DNA of 64,000 bases from a virus. Its lineage: Duplodnaviria > Caudoviricetes. Both the position numbers and the translations under genes were made by a program. The stretch lies in IMG/VR virus record IMGVR_UViG_3300018494_000083; one strand, written 5' to 3'. Below the pieces are notes generated by a model, which saw nothing but the letters and a program-made list of their open reading frames with translations, was not told the DNA's origin and did no database searches. Shown here piece by piece: positions 61,585 to 64,000 of the stretch (the stretch's first letter is position 1; the number at the start of each line of letters is the position of its first letter).

Positions 61585-61723
61585 TAGTGTGTCCTCCTTC
61601 TTTGAAACGGCTATCATTTATAACGCCTGATAGTTATTTTATGTGGGCGAATATAATCGGCTGATCAGTTCCTCTTATATCACAAATATAATATATAATT
61701 GATATCCCTGGATTTCCAACTTT

Positions 61724-62032
61724 TTAATCGTCATCAAAGTTGTAAGTATAGGTCATTTTGTAACCGGACTTGACATGCTCATCCGAGTCAACTGCAATAA
61801 TGCATTCTGACATCAAGTTATCCAATGCTTCCTGTACTTTCTTCTTTGACAGATTAAGAGTGTCAGCTATCTGGGATTTATCAATGCGAGCTAAGTGTTT
61901 ACTACCAACTCGACAGCAGAGAAACATAAAGACTCTGAGATCTGTCTTTGAGAGATTCTCATTCTTTGCTACTTCTTCAAATGCCTCGATATCGGTAGAG
62001 AACTTAGAGGAAAATATTAAATGATTACTCAT
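61724..62032 (-). CDS. winged-helix DNA-binding protein
   Basis: LSKTDLRVFMFL...KSQIADTLNLSKKKVQEALDNL. Confidence 0.7.
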   Translation of the reverse strand: MSNHLIFSSKFSTDIEAFEEVAKNENLSKTDLRVFMFLCCRVGSKHLARIDKSQIADTLNLSKKKVQEALDNLMSECIIAVDSDEHVKSGYKMTYTYNFDDD

Positions 62033-62862
62033 CTCCGTTTTCCCTTCCCTTTCTTTGACTTACTCACAGGTCGTTGAAACTTATACGTAATAGATCCGTG
62101 GATTTCATAGACTGTGCCATCTGTCATCTTGTATATATGGGTTGCCATTAACTTACTAGTCTTTGCAGAATAGTCAGTAAGAGGCATATCCGAAATAGTT
62201 AACTTATCCTCAGCTATAGAAAGAACTGCACCGATATCTTTCAGTGCAGCTCTATGAAAGTTATTGAATGTACTCTTAACTGCTGATAGGTTAAAGTTCA
62301 TATTAGTCAATGTATAATTGACAGTATGATGCTTGTTACTATGTATAGGATCTTTACAATCTTCTTGAAGAATTTCATAATTTGTGCTCCACTTCTTCAG
62401 TATTTTAGTAACGATCGATAATACAGTCGCCGCATCGTCTTCCAATTTCTTACTCTCGAGTTCAGTCGTTGTGAATAATGTTGACTTTACGGTATATGAT
62501 CGATTCTTGAGATATTCCTCTGACTCCATCATTACTTTTGCAAGTCCATTAAGTTCCTCAATCAATTGAGGATGCTTTTTCAGGAAGTTCACTATGTTAG
62601 TCGCTAACATAAGTTCATCCTTCAGCTTTCTACGAGTCTTTCTTAAATTGCGAAGCTCTCTACCGAGATAAGTAATATCTTTTGCATACATCTTATCCGG
62701 TATCTCTAAGTCATGCAATAAGTCCTGCTGCTTATTATTGCATTCTGTAACAAAGACAGCATCTTCCGATGCCACCCGTGAACAATGTTCCAGAAACTTA
62801 ACAAACTCAAGTACCTTGTCATGGTTAATAATCAGAGTTTCATTTGCGTTATTATTATCCAT
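62029..62862 (-). CDS. hypothetical protein with N-terminal coiled coil
   Basis: ATG at 62862 after GGAAAGGA. Confidence 0.7.
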   Translation of the reverse strand: MDNNNANETLIINHDKVLEFVKFLEHCSRVASEDAVFVTECNNKQQDLLHDLEIPDKMYAKDITYLGRELRNLRKTRRKLKDELMLATNIVNFLKKHPQLIEELNGLAKVMMESEEYLKNRSYTVKSTLFTTTELESKKLEDDAATVLSIVTKILKKWSTNYEILQEDCKDPIHSNKHHTVNYTLTNMNFNLSAVKSTFNNFHRAALKDIGAVLSIAEDKLTISDMPLTDYSAKTSKLMATHIYKMTDGTVYEIHGSITYKFQRPVSKSKKGKGKRR

Positions 62863-62932
62863 ACGTACTTCATCCTTTCCATAAGAGGGATATACCATTT
62901 CTGGTATATCCCATTAATATAATGCTCGTCAA

Positions 62933-63132
62933 TTAAGTACTGAGCTCCTTAAGGTCAGGAATGTACTTCGACATGAATTCTCTACGAGAATCTCTAGCCG
63001 CCTGTTTACTTGAGTGCCACATTGCCATATCTTCGAATGCCTTCTCGGTATCTTTAACTGTGATCTGGACGAGTCTCTGATGAGTTCCATCCATACAAGT
63101 TGCTCGAAGATCTTGGGGATTCATTTCACCTA
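62933..63132 (-). CDS. gyrB: DNA gyrase subunit B, last exon
   Basis: LGEMNPQDL..T.MD...RLVQI....RREF. Confidence 0.88.
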
Positions 63133-63433
63133 CATTACCTTCACATGGGTCGTTAATCCATGCAGTTCATTAAGAACTTCTCTGGGCTTTCCCCAGATGT
63201 TGAGACTATATCTTCCTCTCATATTGAGAAGATTTACGCTTCGATTTAAGGGATTCTCACCCACTCACTTGAGCCCTACTCCTATTGCCGACTTCCACGG
63301 CTTATTTCAGGATAGTCGTTGAACCTTCCAGATATACTGGATTAGCTGCGGATTGTCCAATCTTTAGCATTGTTACCATTGGGTAGCTAAAGCTCTAAGG
63401 AGGTTCCCGCAATTTCGTAAATATGGACCATTG
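63133..63433 (-). mobile_element. group I intron (301 nt, no ORF) in gyrB
   Basis: P1 GGAU/GUCC; core gttcaacgacta and aagatatagtc; splicing restores RYKGLGEMN. Confidence 0.9.
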
Positions 63434-64000
63434 ATCCTTTGTATCTTGTAAGATCTTTCACTTTGTATTTACCAAAGATATTAAGAACTCCAGCGATACT
63501 CAAATTCTTCTCCCCGTCTGATCCTTCGACGCTATAACCGTAGATATTACCGATGTTGGCGTTCATCAATGTAATCAACTTCTTAGTCTTCTTATCATTG
63601 ACAAAGTCATCATCGAGCTCTATCATTTCCCAGTTAGAGTCTTTGATACCAGAGATCTCTACACAACCATCATTCCAGACTGCATTGAGCTGAGGGCTGA
63701 ATTCTTTCTTTACAAGTGCATCCCACTTTGCAACACTCTTCTTATCATAGCCAAGTCTTTGCAGATTAGCACAGATAAGTTCAATAAACTCAGGTGTACA
63801 AATACTGTTATCTGCCACCTTTTGGAGGTAATCAAGATACTGCTCATTTCTAAGCAGGAACTCTCTTACCTGGGTCTTAGACATCTTCTCCTTCTTGAAG
63901 TAGATGTCGTTATGTTTTGAGAACTTATTCTGGAGATAAGTAATGTACTCACGGTTACTTGCCACGAATACTCTCTTACCACCATCATTGAAACCGAACA
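63434..64000 (-). CDS. gyrB: DNA gyrase subunit B, upstream exon (runs off window edge)
   Basis: Ends at TRYKG of the RYKGLGEMN motif. Confidence 0.8.

Noticed and set aside
18025-63965. Broken terL, polB, RNAP, recA and gyrB as pseudogenes or stop-codon recoding
   Set aside because: Each break is explained by a group I intron whose removal restores the frame and a conserved motif

Overview
This window is a 64-kb segment of a jumbo myophage of the phiKZ/AR9-like class, probably infecting a Firmicutes host (AGGAGG ribosome-binding sites, Clostridia-phage-type holins). It holds a virion morphogenesis cluster (prohead protease, major capsid, terminase, tail sheath and tube, portal) and four fragments of multisubunit RNA polymerases. 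It also encodes a split family-B DNA polymerase, NAD ligase, RecA, SbcC, an SF2 helicase and GyrA/GyrB. Six ORF-less group I introns interrupt five essential genes; I placed their splice sites from the P1 U.G pair, the terminal G and restoration of conserved motifs. Three features stand out. (1) 46251-47545 is an array of 11 start-less coding cassettes of 107-137 nt, each beginning ACT-CC (Thr-Pro). They resemble the variable segment of C-type-lectin-fold receptor-binding domains and may be a silent cassette library for host-range switching. (2) A tRNA-like element with a 3' CCA sits in the P6 loop of the recA intron. (3) A 12-nt micro-exon lies between two tandem introns in an RNAP beta gene. 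There is also a ~2-kb structured non-coding region with two promoter motifs pointing into it, and two recurrent promoter motifs, one matching the AR9 late consensus AACA-N6-TA. All calls come from reading motifs by eye; no database searches were run.
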